A DNA stretch of 64,000 bases, taken from positions 7,264,441-7,328,440 of the forward strand of contig NC_092672.1 in NCBI RefSeq assembly GCF_964355755.1. Reading direction: 5' to 3'. The DNA is from Antedon mediterranea (taxonomy: Eukaryota; Animalia; Echinodermata). This document shows positions 25,889 through 39,548 of the stretch, piece by piece. The translations under genes were made by a program, and so were the position numbers. The first letter of the stretch is position 1. Each line of letters begins with the position of its first letter. The notes under the pieces were generated by a model that saw only the letters and a list, made by a program, of their open reading frames with translations, was not told the origin of the DNA and did no database searches.

Positions 25889-28800
25889 CTGAAAGAACAA
25901 TAAATTAAATTAAATAATCAATATGTCTGCATTAATAAAAGTATTTAATGAATAATGATATAGTTTGTGTTTCAGGTTCAGATCCATGGAGTTGTGCTTT
26001 CATATCGCAAGAAATGTCATATATAATTATCATCCTAACAGCAAAGTGTTCAGATTTGCTTAAAAGACGCTTTCGTCTGAAACTGAACAAGTGTCACTGA
26101 TTTGGGCGAACATCTGGTATACAGGAGTAAATTTGATTTGTTAGAGGTCAAAATCATTGATGCCTGACTTTCGTATTGTTGATGCATGACTTTCGTATCA
26201 TAAGCGTCGTTCACTAATCTTATACATTGAGCTGTCGTAACGAACGAAAGATCAGTGTTGTAAGAGGTGGCTTCCACTAATCTTTTCCTGGTTCAGACCT
26301 ATGAAGTTGTACGCCGCATACGATATGACGGCATAACTCTGTAACCTCAGTGATCAAGCCCTTATTAGACCCATATGAGTCTCTTATTTACAGTAGAAGG
26401 TATGCCAAGAGGAGACTAACAATGTTACCCACAGCCTCATACAATTATGAAGCCTACAGTATAGATAGAACTGTCTAAAATATCAATTATATTATAATGA
26501 AAACTCAATTAATTTATATTAAAATGAGTAGAGGCTGGAGAAAATTAAATAGGATTGAATAAATTCCATTTTTGAACTGTTAATTAGCAAAAATTGAACT
26601 TTAAAATAACAGGTTTTAACCTTCAAAAAATATAAAAATTGACTATACAGTACTGTACAATGATAAAACATGGTTTTAAGTTTTTCTGCAGAAAAACACT
26701 GGTAAACAATCTAATTTATTATTTATTTTTTCAGCAATATGTTTAAAAATGTTCAAAATGAATGGTTTCTGCTTCCAATACTACTACTTTAGTACAGTAG
26801 CCTTTATTAAGGTAATTTACAATGTTTAACAAATTCAATTTTTGTTATTATACAATAGATTACCTAAATTGTGATACACATTTTTTATTTTCTTTTATTT
26901 TGAATCAGAAATCAAAAGAAAAATGAAATTGTTGTTGCCATAGAAACAAAACCAATGATGATTGATTCCTGTTTTTCTAGTATTTTTACATAAAATCAGA
27001 AGTAGATAGGTCATAAGAAAAGTTTAATATTTCAAGATGAGAAATTGATAATGCAGGTAATGATAAACGTAAGAAAAACAAGTCTAGAATCTGAAAATTA
27101 CAGTTAATACTTTTACATTTTCAGTCTGTACTTTTTCACCTGATGATAAAATTACAAAGATTATTTTTTTAAAGAAAGAATTTTTTGTTTTGGTGTCAAT
27201 ATCATTACAAAAAGGTTGTTATTGCTGCACAGTACAGTAAACAGTATCGCAACAACATTTGTTGTCAACTTGGCAAAAAAACATGCGATATGCAAGTAGT
27301 AAATATTGTTAAGATGATAAAAATTACGATTAAAAATGTCTGTGAAAATAATGGTATTGTATTGGATGTAATGTATAGCAGACAATATAATGACAGCAAT
27401 AATTGATATTAAAAAAAATCAAGAAATTAGACCCACAATAGCTAACTGTATAATGAAAAAATTAAACCATGAGAAATAAACTGCAACAGCAGGCGGCAGG
27501 CATATAGTAGGCCACAAAACAGGCTGTTGTCTACATCAGCAGCAAAGCAATATTAATCTACTGCCATCACTGTGCCTGCAGGCTATGTTAGACCTGAACC
27601 TTGCCAGTAAGGCAACCAGTAATTCTGTAAATGGTTTTACCTAGCTCAGGTAATTAGGAGCCAATGAAAGCAGAATATAACACTTACTTATGCAAATTGA
27701 ATGAGACTTTGTCAAGTACTGTAGTACAGATGCATATTAGACTTAAGCTACACAATACTGTAGCCTTGTTTTTAACAAAATCTACAATTTATATTTGAGT
27801 GTTTTTTTATTTCCTTTCTACAGGGAATATTTATGAATTATATTAATAATATATTAAATGAACAAAAAAATAATAACTATGTTTTCTAATTGTTTTTATA
27901 TATATTTTTTAAAGGTTTTTAATTGAATTTACTTAATTAACTTTAGAAGTAATTACACAGTAGCCAAGGTTTAATTTGATATGCAAATTAATGATTAATC
28001 AGAATCCTTGTAAATGTAAATTTAGTTTCATGTTATAATAAAAAATATTACAAAAAGGTGTTAAATATACCCAAACTTGACTTGACTAACTTGTTATCAT
28101 GTAGACAGTCATGTTTCATGCTAGTCTACAACACCTGAAAGGGGAGTGTGTTATTACTGTACTTGGTTATAGTTTTTATAATGATTTAGCCTAAAACAAT
28201 AGAATCTTAGATTTTCCCTACATAAAAAATGGATTAAGCCATGACCTTTGGACCTTACCTTCAACCTCTCAGGTCACTAGACCTTTAAAAATGTTCCTCA
28301 GCATGAATAATTGGAAACAAAAGAAGAGACTGAACTCAACAAACTAACAAAGAACAACCTGACTAACAAAGAATAATAATACCAAATTCAAAAACAATTG
28401 TTTTCAACAAAATAAGAAAAAGTACACAGTGCTATAATTGATTCCCAATCTAAACTAATAAATTAGGCGACCTCAGGAAGCTTTAAATTCAATATTGATA
28501 TTTTGATAAACTTAAAAAGGCATGATAATGGGAAGAGATTATGGATTCCATATTTTCTTGGATAACAATTATTCATGGATAAAAAAGAATTAACCACTGA
28601 AGCGTGACTAGATGAGGACTTAAAAACGACTTAAATCTGAAAAAAAATAAAATTTGTTCTTCAGATTTTTAGAAAACCACAACCAGCTGAATAAATACTA
28701 TTATAGTACTTTATATTTTATTGTAATTTATTTCGTATTTTAACATAATATTTTGCTAATTTATAATATTTATTTCTAGCTTTTTGGCTACCCAGAAAAA

Positions 28801-30184
28801 AGCTGTGTTTTAATTGTAGGCCATTAAAAAAATTAATTAATTATAGTGACATGAGTTTTTCCCTTTTTTTAAGAGCTTTGTGATCACAAAAATATATCAG
28901 GGCTGATGAATGCAATGAATAGACTATAGTGAACAATGATACAAAATGAAGTTGGTTCATCCAATCTTGATAATAAAAATTATTTGTTTTTTTTTACACT
29001 ACAGTATTCTCTTGTATTGTGTACAATATTTTAGGCTGGCTACATTGATATTCCCAGCTAAATACTGCAAAATATTAATTTTAAAAAAGCAAAAATTAAT
29101 TTGTAGGTATGATTTTTTTTATATGGCCTTAAATGTAATTTTATAATGTCATTTTCATATAATTAATGTCCAATTTTCCATATAATTTTATTTAAACTTT
29201 AAGTATAGTTGCCATACATACAGTACACAAACTCCTCAATCCTTAATTTCAATTAAGTAAGACACAAAAATGTATACAGTACACAAATTACAAGAGGCCA
29301 TATAATAATACAGAACACCGTCAAATAATACTAAACAGTAAAACATGAATTATTCATGAGATGTGCCAAGTCAAGCAGATTAAACAGCAAAGTTATAACA
29401 GTTAACACACTGTCTAACCAATTATGATGCTTTGTGTAAATTGTAACCACCTTCATCACTATGGAAACATTACCAATTTGTCGTTTTCAGGAATGATAAC
29501 ACTGAATCAAAATTTAGTAATTACTGTCATCTTAATTCCTAGGTGAAAGTGTGAACGCACTTTTACAAGCATGGAGGAATTTGTAACAAAAATAATTTTT
29601 ACTCAAAATTATAAAAATTTAATATCAATAATCATACAGATTTTATTTTATTATTACTATAGTTTTGAAGAAGCAAATATACACAGTGTATTTATTATTG
29701 AAATGGTAGAAATGATAAAAATGATGAAAAAATGTAAAGAAACACTTTTTAAATTTACAGTATAACAAATTTACAATAAATTACTACAGTAGTTACCACC
29801 ATGTTATGCCATTATATTATAACTATAACAATTATAGTATTATACTGTAATTGTGTAGATAAGGTGGAAAAAGATCATCAGGGAAACCTTTGGTTATTCC
29901 CTACCAGATGAAAGTGGTAATTTAGAAGTCCAAAGTACATCACAACAATGCATCTAGTAAGCATGCAATATTAGCCCACACTGGTGGTATATTATACAAT
30001 TACCATCTTTCAATAAACAGGGTTAATCAGGGGACAGTGCATAATTACCTATTTATTAGAATTAACACGTTTTAATTTAAGACAGCTAGTCTATTGGTTA
30101 CTTCATATTTAAATTTGTTGTGGCAAGCCACCTTTATTCACCACATACACAAACATAGGAAAAAATGTATTAAATAAAGCTTAC

Positions 30185-30314
30185 ATTATCATGTTTAAAG
30201 AAGAATAACATCTTAAGTTCTCTGTAGACTCTCTTTGAGGAGATAACATTTTGGAAAACATTTGGCATCTTCTTGAGGGCCACTCTTCTACCATCCCGAG
30301 GGTCTGTCACAGAC
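30185..30314 (-). CDS. NLK: NLK exon 2: (W)SVTDPRDGRRVALKKMPNVFQNVISSKRVYRELKMLFFFKHDN
   Basis: Acceptor cttttcatag, donor gtaagc. Near-identical to NLK SVTDPRDGKRVALKKMPNVFQNLVSCKRVFRELKMLCFFKHDN. Confidence 0.9.
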
Positions 30315-30606
30315 CTATGAAAAGAACAAAAAAGTAAATGTATGTTGAAAAACATTGTTTATGAAAAATGTAAAGCCATACATGTCAACCCTCACTCTTA
30401 GTCTTATGCATTATAATTATAAAAACGTACACCCTATTCACACAATTAAAACTATTTTTAATTTTATACAGTACATGTTTTACTAAATGATTTTTTAAAC
30501 TAACTAGGCATAATTACTTTCATAATTAAAAGCTATTAATTGGGGATGTTCATCATTGCTTAGATGAACACTGTACACACACAGTGATCATCAGACCTTA
30601 ACTTAA

Positions 30607-30697
30607 GCTCGGTCTACATTATCAAACTTTATGTGATGGACACAATGATCATATTTGGGCATATTACTAGTACAATGGGCATACCACTACTACCATA
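30607..30697. mobile_element. MITE family A partial copy
   Basis: Has a left TIR variant gctcggtctacattatcaaac and a partial core. Confidence 0.35.
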
Positions 30698-33600
30698 TTT
30701 ATTTCTTTATGTTTAGAAATGGACAGGTGAAATGGACAGGCATGAAAGCCGACGAATTTCTGGAAAGCTAGATTCAATTGCAGAGATGTCGGACTTTAAA
30801 AAAGGAAAGTAACCACATAACCATTGACTACTGTACAACAAAAAGGAAACAAAAAAACTTTACATGTTGAAGGAAGTGGCTTTTTTTTATTGGGTGAAAC
30901 TGGTTTAAACTTTACTGTATGTAATCATTTAAAAAATATTATTCTTAGTCATGAAACGCAAACGTCTGCTTATTCAGTACATACAGTTCATAACATTCTT
31001 TATGGCCTGTTTCTGCTGCGTATCACAAGAAATAGTTTATTTCAAAGACTAAATTTGTGCTCCCAAATGACCGTTTCTGGTTGGTTGTTACCCATTACCC
31101 AAAATACAATGTGACTAGGTGTTGAAACGCTCACGATACTACAGCCTGTAAAATAACCGTTTTAACATTGCAGTTAAAAGTTGCAAAGCGATAACCGGAT
31201 AAATATTGTTTTCATCTCCAATCGTTATTGTCAATCATTTTAAAAACCTGTAATACACGATTGTACTGTATACTAGTACACTACAGTATTGATATCAATC
31301 TTTAGAAATTATAAAATTTTAATTTCCAGGAACGGTTTCATGCAAATGAAGTGAATTCAATAATTCTTATTCTTTTGTACCGGTAAGTCATAGACAGAGC
31401 GCATTATGTTAATTAATTACATATTATGACACATTACAATACATGATGTATGTATTTTAATATACTGTGCAGTTAGTCAAGGTGCTTTGAACAGGAAACG
31501 CCTTGTGAATGCTGATATTTTAAATTGTCTTGTGCCACACTGCCATGCAAGAAAGAAACTTTCTTTTGTTAGGGGATATACCGGATAACTCATCCCGTTT
31601 TTTAATGAATGTTCTTCTAAATTTAGCAGGGTTTCGGAGGAGGCAGTTAATACGGAAAATTTGCAAAGTCATTTTCAAATAAAAGATTTTATGAGAATTC
31701 TACGTAAAGCAAGCTAATTTCATGCAGAATTTTCAATCTGGTACTTTTTCGATTTTAGTGAACTACTGACTGAGATTCCTGGTTATCTGGTTCCAGCAGC
31801 ATGTTCTGACTGCTTATTAATCTTGTAAACATAGCCTACTACTAACATGCGTTGTTGTAAAGATGCTGGATTTACAACGCCAGCTTTGTTGTGCATCAGC
31901 CAGTTTCCTTCCTTAAGTAGGCGTGTCCATTGAGACAAGTAATTTCCTGCATGTCCAGGATGTTCCTATGGTCCATGTTCCAAGAAGCTTCACCTACCCT
32001 GTAGTAGGGATTAGATGGGATTAAGGCCTATGTAGTAACCAAACCTACCCTGTAGTAGTTGGGATTAGATGGGATTAAGACCTATGAAGTAGGTATGATG
32101 TGCCATTCTGGAAAGAATTTATATGTCCAACAGAATGGTAATTTTAACAATCTAAAACAGATAATATTTAAGACTCAGGTCTTGCACCCCAAAGTTCCAA
32201 TTCCACAAAGTTATAATGTTTTTTTTAGCTAAACAATGAATTCAACCTATATTTAATCCGTTATTTCTCTGCAGGCCTTATTTCTACTATGGGAATTTTT
32301 TTTTTCAATTCAACTTTATGTGTCAATTTTCTATGTATCCAAAAAACATCTTTTACAAGATTGTCTTCTGCACTTTCTTCACTGTGTGATTTCTATACAA
32401 AGTTTATCACTGAAGATTAAACCATTTTTCGTATCAAAGTTTTATCATCAATTATCAGATATCCATGTCATAAACACATGTCATACTGTAATCGGACATA
32501 CTGGGATTCATCCTTTGTTTCCAAAAAAAAAAAAAAAAAAAAGCTACTTTTGTAGATTTTACTCTAAACAATTTAGATACAGTTTAAATACAGTTGAATC
32601 TGCTGAGTGAAAGCAGACACCCTCAGATCTGGGAAAAAGCGTCTAGGTTTCCAGAAGATGAATACATACATTTTTACATGCCAGTGCCACATGACTGATA
32701 TGTGCTTGTCAATTGTATTGTACCTACTATACTATACGAACCGAAGGAGAGGTGCGCCACAAATTTGTATTGATGCATGGGTATGTCAAAAAACCTAGAT
32801 GGTACGTAACATCAATGAACAACGGTGCGTCAATGTTTGCCACCCACCCTCATTATTACAATTTAAAGTTGTAAAGAAATTGTTTTTTTTGTTGTCACAA
32901 ACACATCTTTTTGGTGGTCACTTTGCGTGATGTAAATTGTCGAACAGTGGCTTATGATGCAGTACTGTACAATCAGTATATTATTACTATCCATAATACA
33001 TTTTTGGTTAGGCATTTTAATACAGACAGTAGACATAATGAAATGTCACATGCTCGTCATATAAACTCTGCATAAACTTGGCTATGTGAAAAACATAATG
33101 TTAAATTCCTCAAATGAAGTCATGTTGGTAGTGTGTAGTAATGTGCTCTGAAAATATTAAGTATGATTTATAATGATATGGTTATCAAGATACTGTATGA
33201 TAATACTAGTAATACAGTAGGCAGACTATATTATTGGGATTCATATTGTGAACATTTCAGGGTGAGAGGCAAGACTTAAATAACACTGAACAGTACATTA
33301 TAGAGTAGGAAACTTTGGTCTACTGTACTATAAATTAAAATTTACATTTATTTTAAAATTCTATTATTTAGAATGTCTCTTTGGCATTTAATCTTAAACC
33401 TACAGGTTTAAAAGATGAGGATGTATATTTAGCTAAAAAAGGTAGGGTCCATATCCTTTGTCATTCATTCATAAACATCATACAATATTTAATGTAATAA
33501 TAATTGATTTTAAGATCTTTTTAAACTATTGACCTTTCATCAAGAAAAATGTTTAGTTTCTCATTTAAATAATAAAATAAACATATTTAAAAAAAAATTA

Positions 33601-34002
33601 TTTTAGAATTTTGACTCATTGAGTTAATGGTAATATTAATGAATTCCATATTAAAGACAACAATAAATCAGCATACAATCAATCAATAAAACCAAGTGCT
33701 AGAATTTCCATATCAACATTCATAAAAAAAAAAAGAATCAATTTCTTATATTATTTATACTTTTCAGCTCATTATTTATTATCTACGTAATTGGTAAGTA
33801 GGTTTTTTTTTCCTTCATCTGATGCAATGTTATATTACTGTATATTGATAACCTCTATAATTGGAAGGTCATACGAAGGCTACAGTATGAAAGCTCTTGT
33901 TGATAATATGCTATAGCCAGTGAAAGTGAACAATGCTAGAAATATGAATATTGCTCTATCTGACAATGAGAACACAGCACCAACAACATAATTAAAACAC
34001 AG

Positions 34003-34337
34003 AGTTCTGTCTAATTATCAATTTTACAAACAAAAGTGTGATGTGCCCAAATATGGTAGTGATGTGCCCAAATATGGTAGTGATGTGCCCAAATATGGTA
34101 GTGATGTGCCCAAATATGGTAGTGATGTGCCCAAATATGGTAGTGATGTGCCCAAATATGGTAGTGATGTGCCCAAATATGGTAGTGATGTGCCCAAATA
34201 TGGTAGTGATGTGCCCAAATATGGTAGTAAGTGATATGACAGTATGCCAAAAATATGGTAGTGATACATCATCATCATGTCCATATATGGGCACATCAAA
34301 TGTTTTGTCATATAAAGTTTGATATTGTAGACAGAGC
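34003..34337. mobile_element. MITE family A copy expanded by an internal 21-bp tandem array
   Basis: TIR-like ends gttctgtctaattatcaa / tttgatattgtagacagagc. Nine perfect copies of gtgatgtgcccaaatatggta lie inside it. Confidence 0.65.
34039..34227. repeat. 21-bp microsatellite-like tandem repeat x9 inside a MITE
   Basis: Perfect repeats. They generate spurious ORFs in all frames (34011-34495). Confidence 0.9.
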
Positions 34338-34943
34338 TTTATTTTAATGAGTTCAAAGTTAACACAAATATCAGAAAATTGAACTAGATGAATTATTAAA
34401 TGTAAATTGTATTCACCAATCATGTGTAAAGAGTAAAGATTAGAATGATAACACCTACTCCACCCATTTCCATTTAGACAACAACATAAAATCATTGTTC
34501 AAATCTGATTGACAATTAAAAAAAATGACATGTTACAATTACATATTAATAATAAAGATGATACAGCACTAGTTCAAAGTTTAATTAATTCACTGGTTAT
34601 CAGTCATGAAAACTGTTCAATGTCAGAATGGATTTATGCAAGTTGTAGAACAGCAGGAAAAGACCCTGAACAAAGCTTACTATATGAACAACAAAAACAC
34701 TAATAAATTAGATAATGTAGGCACTGTTTTGGTTTTTTTAAACATGACATCTCCCTCAGGGAGTCAGGGTAGAGTTTTCTCATTTTTTTTTGGTCACAAT
34801 TTCCAAATGCTTTTTACTGTGTATCTGTGTCCTCATCACACACCTACATGTAATTTGAAACACCATTGTGTACTTACTTTATTCCGGATATACTGATTTT
34901 AGATTTATATTTAGTTTAGTATTACTATACTACAGTATACAAA

Positions 34944-35508
34944 TGGGTCTAAAATTGGGTATTGCTAAACACCGCAAACACCGCAAACCTAAAAAAAAAC
35001 ATAGCAAACCACATCGAACCAACATAAATTTCTACTGTTAACTACTTATTTTTGGGGTAAAACATCACTTTTTGGTCAAAAATGATTGCTAAACCCTGCA
35101 AACCTCCAAAAAAATATAGCAAACCCCATCGAACCAACATAAAAGTGATTGAATCATGTAGTGTACAACCCACTGGGTATACAGTATCCATGTAAAAAAA
35201 ATATTAAATTTCTACTGTTAACTACTTATTTTTGGGGTAAAACATCACTTTTTGGTCAAAAATGATTGCTAAACCCTGCAAACCTCCAAAAAAATATAGC
35301 AAACCCCATCGAACCAACATAAAAGTGATTGAATCATGTAGTGTACAACCCACTGGGTATACAGTATCCATGTAAAAAAAATATTAAATTTCTACTGTTA
35401 ACTACTTATTTTTGGGGTAAAACATCATTTTTTGGTCAAAAATGATTGCTAAACCCCGCAAACCTCCAAAAAAATATACTGTAGCAAACCCCACCAAACC
35501 AACATAAA
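34944..35508. repeat. 181-bp satellite array A (~3 units)
   Basis: Direct repeats of the unit aaatttctactgttaactacttatttttggggtaaaacatcactttttggtcaaaaatgattgctaaaccctgcaaacctccaaaaaaatatagcaaacccc... Confidence 0.8.
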
Positions 35509-35509
35509 A

Positions 35510-35636
35510 GTGACAAATATGGTAGTAAGTGATATGACAGTATGCCAAAAATATGGTAGTGATACATCATCATCATGTCCATATATGGGCACATCAAATG
35601 TTTTGTCATATAAAGTTTGATATTGTAGACAGAGCT
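35510..35636. mobile_element. MITE family A partial copy (duplicate of the right half of 34003-34337)
   Basis: Identical to 34230-34337. Confidence 0.6.
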
Positions 35637-36242
35637 TTATTTTAATGAGTTCAAAGTTAACACAAATATCAGAAAATTGAACTAGATGAATTATTAAATG
35701 TAAATTGTATTCACCAATCATGTGTAAAGAGTAAAGATTAGAATGATAACACCTACTCCACCCATTTCCATTTAGACAACAACATAAAATCATTGTTCAA
35801 ATCTGATTGACAATTAAAAAAAATGACATGTTACAATTACATATTAATAATAAAGATGATACAGCACTAGTTCAAAGTTTAATTAATTCACTGGTTATCA
35901 GTCATGAAAACTGTTCAATGTCAGAATGGATTTATGCAAGTTGTAGAACAGCAGGAAAAGACCCTGAACAAAGCTTACTATATGAACAACAAAAACACTA
36001 ATAAATTAGATAATGTAGGCACTGTTTTGGTTTTTTTAAACATGACATCTCCCTCAGGGAGTCAGGGTAGAGTTTTCTCATTTTTTTTTGGTCACAATTT
36101 CCAAATGCTTTTTACTGTGTATCTGTGTCCTCATCACACACCTACATGTAATTTGAAACACCATTGTGTACTTACTTTATTCCGGATATACTGATTTTAG
36201 ATTTATATTTAGTTTAGTATTACTATACTACAGTATACAAAT

Positions 36243-37080
36243 GGGTCTAAAATTGGGTATTGCTAAACACCGCAAACACCGCAAACCTAAAAAAAAACAT
36301 AGCAAACCACATCGAACCAACATAAATTTCTACTGTTAACTACTTATTTTTGGGGTAAAACATCACTTTTTGGTCAAAAATGATTGCTAAACCCTGCAAA
36401 CCTCCAAAAAAATATAGCAAACCCCATCGAACCAACATAAAAGTGATTGAATCATGTAGTGTACAACCCACTGGGTATACAGTATCCATGTAAAAAAAAT
36501 ATTAAATTTCTACTGTTAACTACTTATTTTTGGGGTAAAACATCACTTTTTGGTCAAAAATGATTGCTAAACCCTGCAAACCTCCAAAAAAATATAGCAA
36601 ACCCCATCGAACCAACATAAAAGTGATTGAATCATGTAGTGTACAACCCACTGGGTATACAGTATCCATGTAAAAAAAATATTAAATTTCTACTGTTAAC
36701 TACTTATTTTTGGGGTAAAACATCATTTTTTGGTCAAAAATGATTGCTAAACCCCGCAAACCTCCAAAAAAATATACTGTAGCAAACCCCACCAAACCAA
36801 CATAAAAGTGATTGAATCATGTAGTGTACAACCCACTGGGTATATTCATGTAAAAAAAATATTAAATTTCTACTGTTAACAACTTATTTTGGGGGTAAAA
36901 CATCATTTTTTTGGTCAAAAATGATTGCTAAACCCCGCAAACCTCCAAAAAACCATAGCAAACCCCACCGAACCAACATAAAAGTGATTGAATAATGTAG
37001 TGTACGACCCACTGGGTATATACATTATTAAATTTATACTGTTAACTACTTTTTTGGGGATAAAACATCATTTTTTGGTT
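36243..37080. repeat. 181-bp satellite array B (~4.5 units)
   Basis: Same unit as array A. Confidence 0.8.
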
Positions 37081-37262
37081 AAAAATTAATAATCATTTTT
37101 GACCAAAAAATGATGTTTTACCCTAAAAATAAGTAGTAAATTTTTTTTTTACATTGATATACCCAGTGGGTTGCACACTACATGATTCAATCACTTTTAT
37201 GTTGGTTCGGTGGGGTTCTATGTTTTTTTGGAGGTTTGCGGGGGTTTGCGGTGTTTAGCAAT
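37081..37262. repeat. Inverted copy of the satellite unit, forming a ~190-bp-arm palindrome centred near 37085
   Basis: 37081-37262 is the reverse complement of the unit (rc gttaattttaggggtattgctaaacaccgcaaacccc), so the array ends in a long hairpin. Confidence 0.75.
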
Positions 37263-38822
37263 ACCCCTAAAATTAACTTCTCTAATAATTAATTGTAAAA
37301 AAATGAAGATTCCTTACAAAATACAAAGGTTAATTCATGATATAAATAGACCACAATAATACTGTTCTATAATGTTTAACTATATACAGTATATGGTTTC
37401 TATACTTGATGGTTTTAAGTTTAACTGAACAGGTCCTATCTTAGCTTGTACTGTACCATTGGTGGATGATTAATTATTAGTACTGTATGCTTATATACTT
37501 GGATACTGTAAATAATTCTGAACTTATTTTTCCATAGCTTTTGAAAAGCTAAAAAAAACAATCTGTTGTAATAATATATTCACTGTAAGCTATAGTGAGT
37601 GTAGTTAGTAGGTTACACATTGTATAACAGTTGTATTGTATAGTAAAGGTATCAGTAAATCCTCTATGCTGTTTAATTACACCCACCACACAACAGACTA
37701 CGTTTTACTTTTAAATAGAGACTGTGTGCTTTGGTCTAACCACAAAAATTTAAGATTGTGAACAAAGAAATTACAAGGATAGACTCTTGGTTACTAAGTA
37801 AAAGACTTTGGACCTTTTGGTGATAAAAATACTATAGTGACAATGTTTTAAATATAGAAAATTGTACAATATAAAAATTTGAAAAATATGTTTAGGTGTA
37901 TGATTCTATATTATTTGTCTATTATGTTTCATTCTTTTTACATAAATTAAAACTTCGTTTTGATCCTCATTTAACTTGTATGTAAATTAGGGAAGGGCTT
38001 ATCAAATATTGATCATGCAAAATCTCATTTTTGAAAAAGATACAGTACAATGTTAATCTATTCAAGAACTAAATCCCTCTTTCAAAGGCTTACCAAATAT
38101 CCTTAAAAGGAAAATACAGTTAGTACACTATGTGGAAATACAGTACTATACAGTACTACAGTAGTAAATGGTAACTTCACATTTTTTGAAAATATAAAAT
38201 ACAGTATCATTATCAATAATAATTATTATAGTGTTAATTAATGATGCTGTACTTAATGTATATTGGTACTGTACAATAGTTAAAAAAAAAAATCTACTTT
38301 GAACAATTTACATACAATTCATAAGCTGTATACTACAGCTCTATATTAATTTAGTATTTTTGAAAACAGAATTTAATTTTCTAGTACGACATTTACTGTA
38401 AATATATAAAAAAGTCTACAGAAAAGAGATTGCAAAAATAGAACACATCTAGACAATTAACACAGTATCTGATTACTACTGGAGGCTTAAGAACCCCCTT
38501 GGAGCTGGGATGGATAGATCATTAGGTGTTAACATTTTTGCTCAACACAGGATGCTATTATAAATCAGGCCTTAACAAAGCAAGGACAGATTGAATGCAT
38601 TACAGTACCTATACTGTAAAAAAAGTGATTTGGATAGAAGTTTCATAAAATTTTACTGTTATTATACTGTCTGTAGTATAGTACTACTACTGGTAGTGGT
38701 AGTAGTAAGTGTATACCATGGACAAATTACTATTTCTTTGCTATACAGAGTACTGTGAACATGGAAAAAACAAGAAGCCCTTTAACATTGTCCAAGCAAC
38801 TTATAGTAAGAGTCTTCTAGCT

Positions 38823-39548
38823 ACAGTACTAAGCACAGACTTAGGGGCCTGTTCGTAGGGGTTGAAAATACCAGCTTATTCCCGATTTCCGTTCGCGTGG
38901 CCCAATTAACTTTTGCCTCAGGCTACAAAAAATTCGAGGTAAAATGTTCACCAAATTTGCAGGTTATTTCAGCGATAATCCAATTATACTCGGCCTTCGA
39001 GGATAATAAATCTCCGATAGAGGCAATGTGTCAAATTTTGACAAACGTTCGCTGCCTAGGCCCGTCATTTCTCCTACGAAGCTCTTCCATACACGCTTCG
39101 AGAGCGATCGTCAGCTGGTGCTGTCCTTGTTGGTGTAGACCGTTTAGGAATACACCCCGTTTAGTAGTAGGCCTAGCTGGTCGGTGGTGTTTCCGTCAAA
39201 TTCTTCGCCAATGAGTAAAATACAGGTCGTCAGGAGAAGGCATATTTCGGCAGGATTATCGGCGTTAAGAGGCATAAGGTTTGTCGCAAGGATAAGCAGT
39301 GTAAAAGGTAGCAAGTAATTGTTATTGTAAAGAAAGATCGCGAGTAAAAAATATACAACACGAAACTAGCGTGCGAAAATGGGGTCGTAGGTTGTAAAGA
39401 CAACTGACCTTAAAACGTAATTTCCGGTTTGTGATTCGTCGATTAAGCATTTAAGCGGTTAAATATTTCAAGTACGAACAACGCTCAATTTATAACCCGA
39501 GGCATGGGTGAAATTAAGCGCTTATTTTAACCACCGTACGAACACGAC
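38823..39548. mobile_element. ~725-bp GC/CpG-rich element with imperfect ~26-bp TIRs (ggcctgttcgtaggggttgaaaata / rc ggtcgtgttcgtacggtggttaaaata); non-autonomous DNA-transposon-like
   Basis: Visibly CpG-dense relative to the flanking DNA, with inverted termini. No recognisable transposase. Confidence 0.4.

Larger units (their letters stand above)
34230..36827. repeat. Two tandem copies of a 1299-bp higher-order unit (MITE tail + 600-bp unique block + 181-bp satellite units)
   Basis: 34230-35528 is nearly identical to 35529-36827. Identical ORFs at 34509-34703 / 35807-36001 and 34606-34896 / 35904-36194 confirm the duplication. Confidence 0.85.

Noticed and set aside
34011-34495. Overlapping ORFs on both strands (e.g. 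MPKYGSDVPKYGSD..., HYHIWAHHYHIW...)
   Set aside because: They are produced by nine perfect 21-bp tandem repeats inside a MITE, which are open in every frame, so they are not genes.
38897-39214. 105-aa ORF inside the CpG-rich TIR element
   Set aside because: I recognise no domain in it, and it is probably a chance ORF in GC-rich DNA. I kept it only as a BLASTX suggestion.
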